A DNA stretch of 64,000 bases from an uncultured Gemmatimonadaceae bacterium. Lineage in GTDB: Bacteria; Gemmatimonadota; Gemmatimonadetes; Gemmatimonadales; Gemmatimonadaceae. Both the position numbers and the translations under genes were made by a program. Below are positions 47,124 through 58,475 of the stretch, in pieces (the first letter of the stretch is position 1; the number at the start of each line of letters is the position of its first letter). Under the pieces are notes generated by a model that saw nothing but the letters and a program-made list of their open reading frames with translations, did no database searches and was not told where the DNA came from. The stretch is taken from positions 1,600,001 to 1,664,000 of the forward strand of contig CAVXGK010000001.1 in assembly GCA_963761305.1 (NCBI GenBank), written 5' to 3'.

Positions 47124-47648
47124 ATGGAAGATCTGCGATATCCGGTCGGACGCTACCAGCGGCCTCAATCTCTCACTTCCGAGCAACGTCGCACGGCGAT
47201 CGAAGCGATTGCGGCCGCACCGACGCACCTCCGTTCAGCCGTTTCCGGCCTCGACGACCGCCAACTCGAAACGCCCTACCGCCCCGACGGCTGGACCGTC
47301 CGGCAAGTCGTGCACCACGTCCCCGACAGCCACATGAACGCTTACACGCGCTTCAAGCTGGCGCTCACCGAGGAGACACCTACGATCAAGCCGTACGACG
47401 AGGCCAAATGGGCGCGGCTCGAGGATTCCCGCTCCACGCCGATCGCCACGTCGCTCGCGCTGCTCGACGCGGTCCACGACCGGTGGCTGCGCGTCCTACG
47501 GTCCATGTCGGCGGCGGACTTCGCGCGGACGCTCAATCATCCCGAGAACGGCCTGATGAACCTCGACCAAATGCTCGCGCTCTACGAGTGGCACGGTCGG
47601 CATCACGTCGCACATGTAACGAATCTTCGCAGCCGCAGCGGCTGGTAA
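47124..47648 (+). CDS. YfiT/DinB-family thiol (bacillithiol-type) S-transferase
   Basis: MEDLRYPVG, TPYRPDGWTVRQVVHHVPDSH, FKLALTE, YEWHGRHHVAH. Confidence 0.9.
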   Translation: MEDLRYPVGRYQRPQSLTSEQRRTAIEAIAAAPTHLRSAVSGLDDRQLETPYRPDGWTVRQVVHHVPDSHMNAYTRFKLALTEETPTIKPYDEAKWARLEDSRSTPIATSLALLDAVHDRWLRVLRSMSAADFARTLNHPENGLMNLDQMLALYEWHGRHHVAHVTNLRSRSGW

Positions 47649-47895
47649 ACTGCCTTACCGCAGAGTCGCAGAGACGCAGAGAACTGCCGCAGAGGAAACC
47701 CTTAGCATCGTTGCGCAACGAGCTGGGATTCTTTGGGAACAGCCGCTCGGGATGCTTCACTCACGGTGGAATGTTTCCGGCGCGTCGAGGCATCCCGAGC
47801 GGCTGTCACAAAAAAAAAATCACGGCTCGTTGCGCGCTGATACTGGGTCGTCCTCTGCGGCTCTGCGTCCTCTGCGTCTCCGCGGTGAAGCAGTT
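47648..47895. repeat. ~250-bp nested-hairpin element, copy 1 (REPIN/MITE-like)
   Basis: Terminal IR AACTGC.T.ACCGC / GCGGTGAAGCAGTT; CGCAGAG repeats versus CTCTGCG repeats; inner 17-bp perfect stem 47739-47755 / 47790-47806. Confidence 0.8.
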
Positions 47896-48106
47896 GCCGT
47901 TGGCCGCGCGGCAGCAGGACCGGTCGCGGGGTTTGTTCGGCCCGGGCAACACCGCTTCCCGCCGAAGGTTCCGTCGCGTTTCTCGTTGGTGGTCCCGGAA
48001 CGATCTTAACGATCGCAATGCAACTCACGTCATCCTGAGTGAAGACGGCACCAATCGGGTGCATGACGAAACACTCAAGAACGATCTGACGGGGGGGCAT
48101 CTGCAT

Positions 48107-48454
48107 ATGAAGAGCGTAACGACGGTTGTGTTCGGTGCGATCATGGCGGTGGCAGTCGCCGGCATCGCGGGCGCGCAGACGACGACGGACCCGGGAACGA
48201 AGCGCGAAACGCGGGACCTCAGGCGCGATCACCGCGACCTCGTAAGCGACAGACACGACACGCGGGCCGACGAGCGCGATCTCGGTGCCGACAAGCGTGA
48301 CGTGCGGCAGGACGTCAAGAGCGGTCAGTTCAAGGATGCGCGTCAGGACCTGCGCGACGTCCGCCAGGACCACCGCGACCTCTCGAACGACCGGCAGGAC
48401 ATCCGTTCGGATAAGCGCGACATCCGCCAGGACCGCCGCCGACTCGGTCGGTAG
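48107..48454 (+). CDS. Small secreted protein with (D-x-R-x-D-R/H/K-R) heptad repeats
   Basis: Signal peptide MKSVTTVVFGAIMAVAVAGIAGA, then DLRRDHR, DVRQDHR, DIRSDKR, DIRQDRR repeats. Confidence 0.8.
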   Translation: MKSVTTVVFGAIMAVAVAGIAGAQTTTDPGTKRETRDLRRDHRDLVSDRHDTRADERDLGADKRDVRQDVKSGQFKDARQDLRDVRQDHRDLSNDRQDIRSDKRDIRQDRRRLGR

Positions 48455-48740
48455 TATTCGCAGGTTCCGCAGTGCCCGCGGCCATCCGATTGACCCCTGA
48501 TCGAGCCGCAACGGCGCCCCAGGACTGCCCCAGCAGCCTGGGGCGCTGCTTCATTTCGATCAAGGAACCCGAGCGCGAAAGCGATTCAGCGCCTAGATTT
48601 GGGACGTTGGGGACCTGGCCTCCATCCTTCCACGGGCCGCTGTGAAGCGAGCCCCGCGGCAGGATCGTCCTGTTGGTGAACGCTCCCTTGCCGCGAGCAC
48701 CACCCGACGGCCATAGTCTTACGCTTGCAGCTCCGAAAAC

Positions 48741-50600
<1,860 letters not shown>

Positions 50601-50624
50601 GCTGCCCGCGCCGGCAGCGGTCGA

Positions 50625-51707
50625 TCAGCCGGCCGGCTTTTTCCCGATCTTGGCTTTGACGTCGTTCACGACGTCGTCGAGCAACGCGTTGTCGACGCCG
50701 ACGTCCCACTCGTCGTCGCGTTGCCACTGCGCTTCGGCGCGGACGAGCACCTGCTTCCAGTCTTCGCCCACAAAGCGCACGACGACACGCGTGCGATAGC
50801 GAAGGTCGGGCATGCCGGAGCGCGAGAAGCTCGCTTGCCAGGGCGTCATGAGGAATCCGGCTTTCGCGTCGCTGACGTCGATCGAGTATTTCGCCGACAA
50901 CACGTCAGTGACGCCCCGGAAAAGCGTCGCCTTGGTCATTCCGTCGCGCACGTCGATCAGCCGTGAGACCTTGAGGTCCGCCGTCGTCTTCGAGAACGTC
51001 GACGGCGGGCCGCCCGTCGTGAGCTGCGTAGGGACCGGTGCCGGCGGGGCCGCTGGATGCGCGGCTCCAGGCGTTGGCACGGTTGTGCCGGGCGCCGTGG
51101 CATGGCTGCACGCGCTGATCAGGCACGCGACGCATACCGCGGCGACAGGCGCGAGACGTCGCGTCCACACGGCGAACGCCTCGAGAAACCTCTTCACGAG
51201 GTCGCGGGTCGACTCGTCGGTCAAGCGACCCTCCGCATCGAACCGCTGCGCTGCAAGAGGTAGGATGACCTCCGGCTTCAGCATCGCCGGGGTATCCGTG
51301 AACACGAACGTCTGGCGCAGATGGTATTGCGCCCGCATGCCACCACTGATTCCAGTGCTCGCGCTCATGATCGCCGCTGGCTTTTGCTTGAGGGGTGAGG
51401 TTTGCGGAGGACGCGAAACCCAATCAATCGCGTTCTTGAGAACACCGGGCACACTGTAGTTGTACTCAGGGGTGACGACGAGAAACCCGTCCGCGGCGCG
51501 AATCGCCTCTGTCAGCGCGTCGACCGGTTCGGGGCGAGCGATCTCCCGCGCGTCTTCGTCATACGGCGGGATCTCGCGCAACCGGTCGAAAATCTCGATC
51601 ACCATCCCCTGCGGCGCTAGCTCTTGCGCCGCTTTGAGCAGGCTTCGGTTCAGGGAATGACGCCGAAGACTGCCCGCGAGCCCCAGGATTCGCTGCGCTG
51701 GATCCAT
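50625..51707 (-). CDS. NAD(P)H-dependent FMN reductase (ChrR/YieF-like) fused in frame to a lipoprotein-like domain
   Basis: GSLRRHSLN, TPEYNYSVPGVLKNAIDWVSR, GGMRAQYHLRQ; then RRLAPVAAVCVACLISAC + Pro-rich linker + ~120-aa domain. Confidence 0.85.
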   Translation of the reverse strand: MDPAQRILGLAGSLRRHSLNRSLLKAAQELAPQGMVIEIFDRLREIPPYDEDAREIARPEPVDALTEAIRAADGFLVVTPEYNYSVPGVLKNAIDWVSRPPQTSPLKQKPAAIMSASTGISGGMRAQYHLRQTFVFTDTPAMLKPEVILPLAAQRFDAEGRLTDESTRDLVKRFLEAFAVWTRRLAPVAAVCVACLISACSHATAPGTTVPTPGAAHPAAPPAPVPTQLTTGGPPSTFSKTTADLKVSRLIDVRDGMTKATLFRGVTDVLSAKYSIDVSDAKAGFLMTPWQASFSRSGMPDLRYRTRVVVRFVGEDWKQVLVRAEAQWQRDDEWDVGVDNALLDDVVNDVKAKIGKKPAG

Positions 51708-51803
51708 GTTTCGTCCGTGGTCCCGTTGTCGGAGACTGGCCGGCCTGCGTGAGTCAGACCCCCGCCAGGATGCAGATGGTCACGGGCGGACGTAGCTACC
51801 GAA

Positions 51804-53555
51804 TCACTGTACACACTGTCCCATCGGGTCCGGCTTCGGGTGGTCGACGACCGGCCGGTGGTCCAGATCCGCCACGCGGAGCGCCACGTCGTGCACGAAG
51901 TTGGCGACGCGCGCCAGATGCTCGTAGTCGATGTACTGCGGCTCGTCCGTCACCTCGTGGTAGTCGCGGTGGCCGCCGGTCGTGAAGAACACGATCGGAA
52001 TACCATACCGCGCATACTCGTAGTGGTCGCTGCGGCAGTAATACTGCTGCGGATGTCCGTTGGCGTCGAACTGGTAGTCGAACTTGAACGGCTTGGGCTG
52101 CGTCTTGTTGACGGTTTCGACGAGGTCACCGAGCTCGGTGGAGAGGCGCCGAGAGCCGATGAGCTGCAGGTAGGTCGGTCCGCCGTCTTTGATGTCGCCG
52201 GCGTCGCCCCGGCCGATCATGTCCATGTTGAGCTGCGCGACGATCGAGTCGCGCGGCACCGTCGGATGGTCGGTGAAGTACTGCGAGCCCCAGAGCCCCT
52301 TCTCCTCCCCGGCGTGCCACACGAAGAGGATCGAACGTTTGGGCTTCTGCGTGCCGCGCGCGAACGCTTCGGCGATCTCCAGCGTCGCCACGGTGCCTGA
52401 GCCGTCGTCGTCGGCGCCGTTGTAGATCGAGTCCAGACGCGGCGGATTCTTCTTGCGCAAACTGTCGAGAATCTGACGGATCTTCACCTGCTCTTCGGCC
52501 GTCGCGGGCCGATCGCGATCGTCCTCGCCTTGTGGGCGCACGACGGCGTCGAACGCGCGGAGCGAATCGTGATCCACCGGCGTATGGTTGAACCCGATGT
52601 GGTCGTTGTGGGCGCCGATCGCGACGTACTGGCCGGCGAGCTTGGGATCGCTCCCCTTCAAAATGGCGACGACGTTTCGCGCCGGTGCGCGCGTGGAGTC
52701 GAAGACGATGGATCCATGCACCGTCTTGCCGGGCGCTCCGCGCTTGAGGCTGTCGAACGGTGCGCCCACGAGCGCCGCACCCATCGGCCGGGTGACGTAG
52801 AGGAACGCGGGCAGCATCTGCGGCGCGCCGGCGCCTGGCGGCGGATCGTCGAGCCCCTCGGACGGTTCCACGAGGGCATTCCTTTGGTCCGCCTCGAAGC
52901 CCTCGAGCGCCACCACGGCGATCGCCGCCGATTTGATGTAGTAGCCGGTGAGCGGCTGACGATAGCCGGCGATGAGCGGCTTTCCGTCCGGTCCATTTCC
53001 GACCGCAATGACGACGAATTTTCCTTCGGCCGCGGCGGGAGGCACGAGCTTGGACGTGTCCACCGGCAGCGTCAGCGTGCCGCCGAACACGACCTGCGTG
53101 TTGTCGATCGGGCGAACCGTTCCGCCGAACAGCGAGTTGTCGCGTGGGACGAAGTCGGTCTTCACGGCGAACGTCTTTCCGTCGACGCTGATCGACGTCT
53201 TCGGCGAAAGGGTGTGATCGAACACCGGGAGGTTCTGGAAATACGTCCCGCTGTCCCCCGCCGGGATCAGCCCGAGCTTCTTCGCTTCGTTCGCGATGTA
53301 CGCGGTGGCTCTGAGGTGATTGGGCGTTCCCACCTCGCGGCCCATCATCGAGTCGTCGGCGAAGATGTAGAGGCGTGTCATGAGATCGGCCGCCGTGATC
53401 GCGGGCGTCGTCGGCTGCGGCGCGTGCTTGAGCGGTAGCGGCTTCTCCGCGCTCGCGGCTGCGGGTTGCTGTCCGGGGAGAGCTGTCGCCGCGATCAGGG
53501 CGATCGACGCGAAATGAACTGCGAGGCGAAGGGCGAAACGAGACTTGGCGACCAC
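51804..53555 (-). CDS. M28 family metallopeptidase (secreted)
   Basis: Signal peptide; ADDSMMGR, NVVAIL, GAHNDH, NGADDDGSG, GEEKGLWGS, NMDMIGR, SDH, DYH; GTG 53555 with GGGAG RBS. Confidence 0.9.
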   Translation of the reverse strand: MVAKSRFALRLAVHFASIALIAATALPGQQPAAASAEKPLPLKHAPQPTTPAITAADLMTRLYIFADDSMMGREVGTPNHLRATAYIANEAKKLGLIPAGDSGTYFQNLPVFDHTLSPKTSISVDGKTFAVKTDFVPRDNSLFGGTVRPIDNTQVVFGGTLTLPVDTSKLVPPAAAEGKFVVIAVGNGPDGKPLIAGYRQPLTGYYIKSAAIAVVALEGFEADQRNALVEPSEGLDDPPPGAGAPQMLPAFLYVTRPMGAALVGAPFDSLKRGAPGKTVHGSIVFDSTRAPARNVVAILKGSDPKLAGQYVAIGAHNDHIGFNHTPVDHDSLRAFDAVVRPQGEDDRDRPATAEEQVKIRQILDSLRKKNPPRLDSIYNGADDDGSGTVATLEIAEAFARGTQKPKRSILFVWHAGEEKGLWGSQYFTDHPTVPRDSIVAQLNMDMIGRGDAGDIKDGGPTYLQLIGSRRLSTELGDLVETVNKTQPKPFKFDYQFDANGHPQQYYCRSDHYEYARYGIPIVFFTTGGHRDYHEVTDEPQYIDYEHLARVANFVHDVALRVADLDHRPVVDHPKPDPMGQCVQ

Positions 53556-53771
53556 GACGAGCTCCCTGTGGTGAATCCAGACGACAATATCAAACTTCAT
53601 GCGACGGCGAAGCGAGGCTCGACATGTAAGGTTCGCGCAAGTCGTGATGTCCCAATACTTCCGGACCGAGTTTGCGCCTCTGCCCGGCCCGCGTAGCTTC
53701 AAGCTCAACAGCGTTTCCCAGACGGCGCGCGTTAGCTCGCGAGACGGCCGCGCGCCGACACCCGTTACTTC

Positions 53772-54884
53772 ATGAAAATCAGCGTTCCAACCGAGACCGC
53801 TCCCCGCGAGCAGAGGGTCGCACTCGCGCCTGACAGCGTGGCGCGACTCGTCAAACAGCTCAAGCTCGAGATCGTCGTCCAACGTGGCGCGGGGCTTCGC
53901 GCCGGCTTTCGCGACGACGCATATCAATCCGCCGGCGCGACGATTGTCCCCGACGCTGTCGCGGCACTCTCTGCCGCGCCGGTCATCGCCAAGGTCCAGC
54001 CGCCCGACGCGCAGGAGATCGCGCGCATCGCCGAAGGCTCGACACTCATCTCGCTGCTCAAGCCGGGACAGAGCGCCGAGGTCGTTCAGGCGCTCGCGGC
54101 GCGCCGCATCTCCGCGCTGGCGCTCGAGCTCGTTCCGCGCATCACGCGCGCGCAGTCGATGGACGTGCTCTCCTCACAGAGCACGGTCTCCGGCTACAAA
54201 GGCGTGCTGATCGGCGCCTCCGCGCTCGGCAAATTCCTTCCGATGCTCACGACGGCCGCCGGCAACATCTCTCCGGCAAAGGTGTTCGTCATCGGCGCGG
54301 GTGTCGCCGGCCTTCAGGCGATCGCCACCGGCCGCCGCTTGGGTGGCGTGGTCTCCGCCTTCGACGTGCGCCCCGCCGCTCGCGAGCAGGTGTTGAGCCT
54401 GGGCGCGACCTTCGTCGCCAACGAGTTGGCGAAGGAAGACGCGCAAGCGGCCGGCGGATACGCCCGCGCGCAGACGGAAGACGAGCAGGCCCGCACGCTC
54501 GCCGCGATCGCGAACCACATCAAGGATCAGGATCTCGTCGTCGCGACGGCGGCGATCCCGGGACGCCCGGCGCCGAAACTGATCACCGCCGAGATGGTCG
54601 CGTCGATGAAGGCGGGCTCGGTGATCGTGGATCTCGCCGCGGAGACGGGCGGTAACTGCGAGTTGTCGAAGCCCGGCGAAACGGTCGAAGCGAACGACGT
54701 GACGATCATCGCGCCGCTCAATGTCCCGAGCACCGCGGCGTTCCACGCCAGCCAGATGTTCGGCCGGAACATCTTCGAGCTGCTCAAGCACCTCGTGAAA
54801 GACGGCGTCCTCCAGCTCGACCCGACGGACGAAATCACGGGCGCCATGCTGATGACCCACGACGGACGAGTCCTCAAACAATGA
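53772..54884 (+). CDS. pntA: NAD(P) transhydrogenase subunit alpha, part 1 (dI)
   Basis: EQRVALAP, PRITRAQSMDVLSSQ, GAGVAGLQAIAT, GGYA, DLAAETGGNC. Confidence 0.95.
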   Translation: MKISVPTETAPREQRVALAPDSVARLVKQLKLEIVVQRGAGLRAGFRDDAYQSAGATIVPDAVAALSAAPVIAKVQPPDAQEIARIAEGSTLISLLKPGQSAEVVQALAARRISALALELVPRITRAQSMDVLSSQSTVSGYKGVLIGASALGKFLPMLTTAAGNISPAKVFVIGAGVAGLQAIATGRRLGGVVSAFDVRPAAREQVLSLGATFVANELAKEDAQAAGGYARAQTEDEQARTLAAIANHIKDQDLVVATAAIPGRPAPKLITAEMVASMKAGSVIVDLAAETGGNCELSKPGETVEANDVTIIAPLNVPSTAAFHASQMFGRNIFELLKHLVKDGVLQLDPTDEITGAMLMTHDGRVLKQ

Positions 54885-55177
54885 ATCTTCTCGAACTGTA
54901 CGTCTTCATGTTGGCGGCGTTCGTCGGCTTCATGGTCATCTCGCGCGTGCCGCCGCTCCTCCACACGCCGCTCATGGCGGCGACGAACGCGATCTCCGGC
55001 ATTTCGCTCGTCGGATCGCTGATCGCTGCAGGATCCGCCCGCGATCACGTCGCGACGATTCTCGGATTCATCGCCGTCGTCGCGGCGTCGAGCAACATCG
55101 TCGGCGGATTCCTCATCACCGACCGCATGCTCCGCATGTTCCGGTCGGGCAACGACGGCAAGGCGGGACCGCGCTGA
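54881..55177 (+). CDS. pntA: NAD(P) transhydrogenase subunit alpha, part 2 (membrane)
   Basis: VPPLLHTPLMAATNAISG, NIVGGFLITDRMLRMF. Confidence 0.95.
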   Translation: MNLLELYVFMLAAFVGFMVISRVPPLLHTPLMAATNAISGISLVGSLIAAGSARDHVATILGFIAVVAASSNIVGGFLITDRMLRMFRSGNDGKAGPR

Positions 55178-56565
55178 TGCGCGACGTTTTCATCGAGGCC
55201 AGTTACCTCATCGCGTCCGCGCTGTTCATTCTCGGACTGCGCAGCCTCACGCGACCGGACAAGGCGCGCCGCGGCATGCAGCAGGCCGCGGTGGGCATGC
55301 TGTTCGCCATCGTCGGCACGCTGTTGAATCACACGATCGTCGACTACCGCTGGATCGCCGCGGGACTCGTGCTCGGCGTGGTCATCGGCTACCCGATGGG
55401 CCAGTGGGTGCCGATGACGGCGATGCCGCAGCGAATCGCGCTGGCCCTCACCTTCAGCGCGCTGGCCGCGACGCTCGTCGGCATCGCCGAGTATCACTCG
55501 GAGATCACAGCCGGGACGCTGCCCGCGCGCGCGACGATGCTCGCGCTCGGGTTCGAGGTCATGCTCGGCTCGATCACCGTCGGCGGGACGATCATCGCCG
55601 CGGGCAAGCTCCAGGAATGGATCACGTCCAAACCGGTGACATTCCCGGGCCAGAACTTCGTGAACGGCGCGATCTTCCTCGGCATCGTCGCGCTGGCGGC
55701 GTACACGATCGTCGACCCGTCGAAGGGGTGGGCGTTCTACACGATGATCGGCGCATCGCTGGTGTTCGGCGTCATGCTCGTGATGCCGATCGGCGGCGCC
55801 GACATGCCGGTCGTGGTGGCGCTGCTCAATTCGTATTCCGGCCTCGCGTCGTGCGCGACCGGATTCGCGATCGGCAACGTCATCCTGATCATCAGCGGTT
55901 CGCTCGACGGCGCGTCGGGTTTCATCCTGTCGATCCTGATGAGCAAGGCGATGAACCGTTCGTTCACGAACGTGCTGTTCGGCGCGTTCGGGAGTGAAAC
56001 GAAGGCGGTCGGCGCCAAATCGTCGGCCGGTCTGTCGGTGCGCTCGATCAGCGTCGAGGACGCGGCGATCCAGCTCGCGTACGCGCAGCTCGTGATCGTG
56101 ATTCCGGGATACGGCATGGCTGTCGCCCAGGCACAGCACGCCGTGCGCGAGTTGGCCGAGTTGATCGAGAAGCGCGGCGGCGAAGTGAAGTTCGCCGTGC
56201 ATCCGGTGGCCGGCCGCATGCCCGGTCACATGAATGTGCTGCTCGCCGAAGCGAACGTGCCGTACGACAAGTTGTACGACATGGACGAGATCAACAGCGA
56301 GTTCGACCGCGCCGACGTCGCGCTCGTGATCGGGGCGAACGACGTGGTGAACCCGGCCGCGCGCAACGACAAGGCGTCGCCCATCTACGGGATGCCGATT
56401 CTCAACGCCGATCACGCGAAGAGTGTGATCGTGATGAAACGCGGCATGGCCGCTGGCTTCGCGGGAATCGAGAACGATCTGTTCTACGACAAACGCACGA
56501 GTATGCTGTTCGGCGACGCCAAAGCCTCGCTGACGGGCCTGATCACCGAGATCAAGAACGTCTGA
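55177..56565 (+). CDS. pntB: NAD(P) transhydrogenase subunit beta
   Basis: IGGADMPVVVALLNSYSG, PGYGMAVAQAQH, HPVAGRMPGHMNVLLAEA, GANDVVNPAA. Confidence 0.96.
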   Translation: MRDVFIEASYLIASALFILGLRSLTRPDKARRGMQQAAVGMLFAIVGTLLNHTIVDYRWIAAGLVLGVVIGYPMGQWVPMTAMPQRIALALTFSALAATLVGIAEYHSEITAGTLPARATMLALGFEVMLGSITVGGTIIAAGKLQEWITSKPVTFPGQNFVNGAIFLGIVALAAYTIVDPSKGWAFYTMIGASLVFGVMLVMPIGGADMPVVVALLNSYSGLASCATGFAIGNVILIISGSLDGASGFILSILMSKAMNRSFTNVLFGAFGSETKAVGAKSSAGLSVRSISVEDAAIQLAYAQLVIVIPGYGMAVAQAQHAVRELAELIEKRGGEVKFAVHPVAGRMPGHMNVLLAEANVPYDKLYDMDEINSEFDRADVALVIGANDVVNPAARNDKASPIYGMPILNADHAKSVIVMKRGMAAGFAGIENDLFYDKRTSMLFGDAKASLTGLITEIKNV

Positions 56566-56582
56566 CGGGATCGCAGCAATTG

Positions 56583-56614
56583 CTGTCCACGCGTCCACCC
56601 GTCAAGCTGTCCAC
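56583..56614 (+). repeat. Degenerate octamer tandem repeat (CTGTCCAC family) after pntB
   Basis: ctgtccac gcgtccac ccgtcaag ctgtccac; reverse complement of the GTGGAC octamers at 9772. Confidence 0.7.
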
Positions 56615-56694
56615 CTGAATTTGACCGCAAGTCTCGGATAGCTGTCGCTCGCGCGCCGCTCGTACGTTGCGGACACCAACTACCGCGAGCAATC

Positions 56695-57771
56695 ATGTCT
56701 GCCATGGCCGTTCGTTCCGCCGACCTGAAAGAGGTCTCGTCCTCCGAGGCGTGGCGCGCCGTCGAATCGCGCGACGCACGCTACGACGGACGCTTCGTGT
56801 TCGCCGTCCGCTCGACGGGCGTCTTCTGCAAGCCGTCGTGCCCCTCACGCCGCGCGCTGCGCGCGAACGTCGAGTTCTACTCGACGACCGCCGCCGCCCA
56901 GCGCGCGGGCTTTCGTGCGTGTCTCCGCTGCCGGCCCACGGAAGACTCGACCGCCAATCCGGCGATCGAGCGCGCTCGCGCGTATCTCGATGCACACGCC
57001 GACGGGTTCGTCTCCCTCGAAGAGCTCGCCTCTCACGTTGGGTTGAGCGCGTCGCACTTGCAGCGCTCGTTCAAGCGCCTCGTCGGAGTGTCGCCGAGAG
57101 AGTATCAGGCCGAGAACCGCATGCGGCGCCTGAAGTCGCGCTTGCGTGCCGGCGACACGGTGAGCCGCGCGACGTACGCAGCGGGGTTCAACTCGAGTCG
57201 CGGCGTCTACGAGCGTGCGTCGGCGTCGCTCGGCATGACGCCGGCCGCGTACCGCCGCGGAGGCGCCGGAGTGCGCATCGGCTATACGATCGCCGACGCG
57301 CCGGTCGGCCGTGTGCTCGTCGCGACGACCGAACGCGGCGTATGCGCGGTCGAGCTTGGCGCGACCGATGCCGACGTCGAGCGCGCGCTGACGGCGGATT
57401 TCCCGAACGCGACGATCGCGCGCAACGATGACGCGCACGAGACGTGGGTGCGAGCCGTGCTCGATCGGGTGCGAGAGCCCATGCGCCCGTCGTCGCACCG
57501 AATTCCGCTCGACCTGAACGGCAGCGAGTTCCAGCGCCGGGTCTGGGCCGCCCTCCGGGCGATTCCCGTCGGTGAACGACGTTCGTACGCCGAGGTCGCC
57601 GAGGCGATCGGATCACCGAAGTCGAGCCGAGCCGTTGCCCAGGCGTGCGCGAGCAACCGACTCGCTGTGGTGATCCCGTGTCACCGTGTGGTTCGGGGTG
57701 ACGGCGAGCTTTCCGGTTACAAATGGGGCGTCCAGCGGAAACGGCTCCTGCTCGCTAAGGAGTCCGAGTAG
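56695..57771 (+). CDS. ada: Bifunctional transcriptional activator / O6-methylguanine methyltransferase Ada
   Basis: FCKPSC and RACLRC Zn ligands, AraC HTH (SHLQRSFK), IPCHRV active site. Confidence 0.95.
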   Translation: MSAMAVRSADLKEVSSSEAWRAVESRDARYDGRFVFAVRSTGVFCKPSCPSRRALRANVEFYSTTAAAQRAGFRACLRCRPTEDSTANPAIERARAYLDAHADGFVSLEELASHVGLSASHLQRSFKRLVGVSPREYQAENRMRRLKSRLRAGDTVSRATYAAGFNSSRGVYERASASLGMTPAAYRRGGAGVRIGYTIADAPVGRVLVATTERGVCAVELGATDADVERALTADFPNATIARNDDAHETWVRAVLDRVREPMRPSSHRIPLDLNGSEFQRRVWAALRAIPVGERRSYAEVAEAIGSPKSSRAVAQACASNRLAVVIPCHRVVRGDGELSGYKWGVQRKRLLLAKESE

Positions 57772-57798
57772 CTCGGTTAACTGCAACTGCCGACTGCT

Positions 57799-58052
57799 AC
57801 TGCCTGACGCAAGACGCAGAGACCGCAGAACGCAGAGAACAGCCGCGGAGGTCAAGCTCCGCGCGCTATGAGCCCGGGATGTTTTTGTTGAAGCCGCTCG
57901 GGACGCTTCGGTGCGCCGCGAAAGCATCCACGACGAGTGAGGCTTCCCGAGCGGCAGTTCCCCAAGAATCCCGGCTCGTTGGGCGACGCGCCTGGATCCT
58001 CTCGGCTGTTCTCTGCGTCTCTGCGTTTTCTGCGTCTCCGCGTCGAGCAGTT
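57799..58052. repeat. ~250-bp nested-hairpin element, copy 2 (inverted relative to copy 1)
   Basis: ACTGC.TGACGC / GCGTCGAGCAGT termini; CGCAGAG / CTCTGCG arms; inner stem GCCGCTCGGGA 57893-57903 / TCCCGAGCGGC 57945-57955. Confidence 0.8.
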
Positions 58053-58085
58053 CATTGGCCTTGCCAAGTGCACGGTCGCGGGCCA

Positions 58086-58121
58086 CTATACCGCATGACG
58101 GTATAGCGATAGATGATATAG
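58086..58121. promoter_or_regulatory. Putative PadR operators
   Basis: Perfect IR CTATACCG-N5-CGGTATAG (58086-58106) plus an overlapping imperfect copy GTATAGCG-N5-TGATATAG (58101-58121), upstream of padR. Confidence 0.65.
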
Positions 58122-58145
58122 AACCCGTTCACCCGTCCCCCCGCA

Positions 58146-58475
58146 ATGGGCCCACTCTCCGTACAGGTTTTTCAGATCCTCCTCTCGCTGGTCGACGACG
58201 ACCTGCACGGGTACGCCATCATTCAGGACGTCGCGCGTCGAACTGACGGCGAGGTCCGCCTCACGGCGAGCACGTTGTACGCCGCGGTGAAGCGTCTGCT
58301 GGACAACGGGTGGATCGAAGAGCTTCGGCAACGGCCGCGTGCGGGCGACGATGCGCGCCGACGATACTACCGGCTCACGCCGCGCGGACGCCATGCGGCG
58401 CAGACCGAAGCGCTCCGCATCGAGCGCCTCGCCGGTATGGCAAGATCGAAACAGCTCATCGGCGCGCGGCGATGA
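58146..58475 (+). CDS. PadR family transcriptional regulator
   Basis: ILLSL..DLHGYAIIQ, TLYAAVKRL, RRYYRLTPRG. Confidence 0.92.
   Translation: MGPLSVQVFQILLSLVDDDLHGYAIIQDVARRTDGEVRLTASTLYAAVKRLLDNGWIEELRQRPRAGDDARRRYYRLTPRGRHAAQTEALRIERLAGMARSKQLIGARR

Noticed and set aside
47810..47819. A10 homopolymer as a phase-variation tract
   Set aside because: It lies inside the non-coding hairpin element; the second copy has a shorter T-rich equivalent.
46757..48106. N-terminal 450 aa of the 565-aa ORF 46757..48454
   Set aside because: Overlaps real genes and the hairpin element; only the part from ATG 48107 looks genuine.
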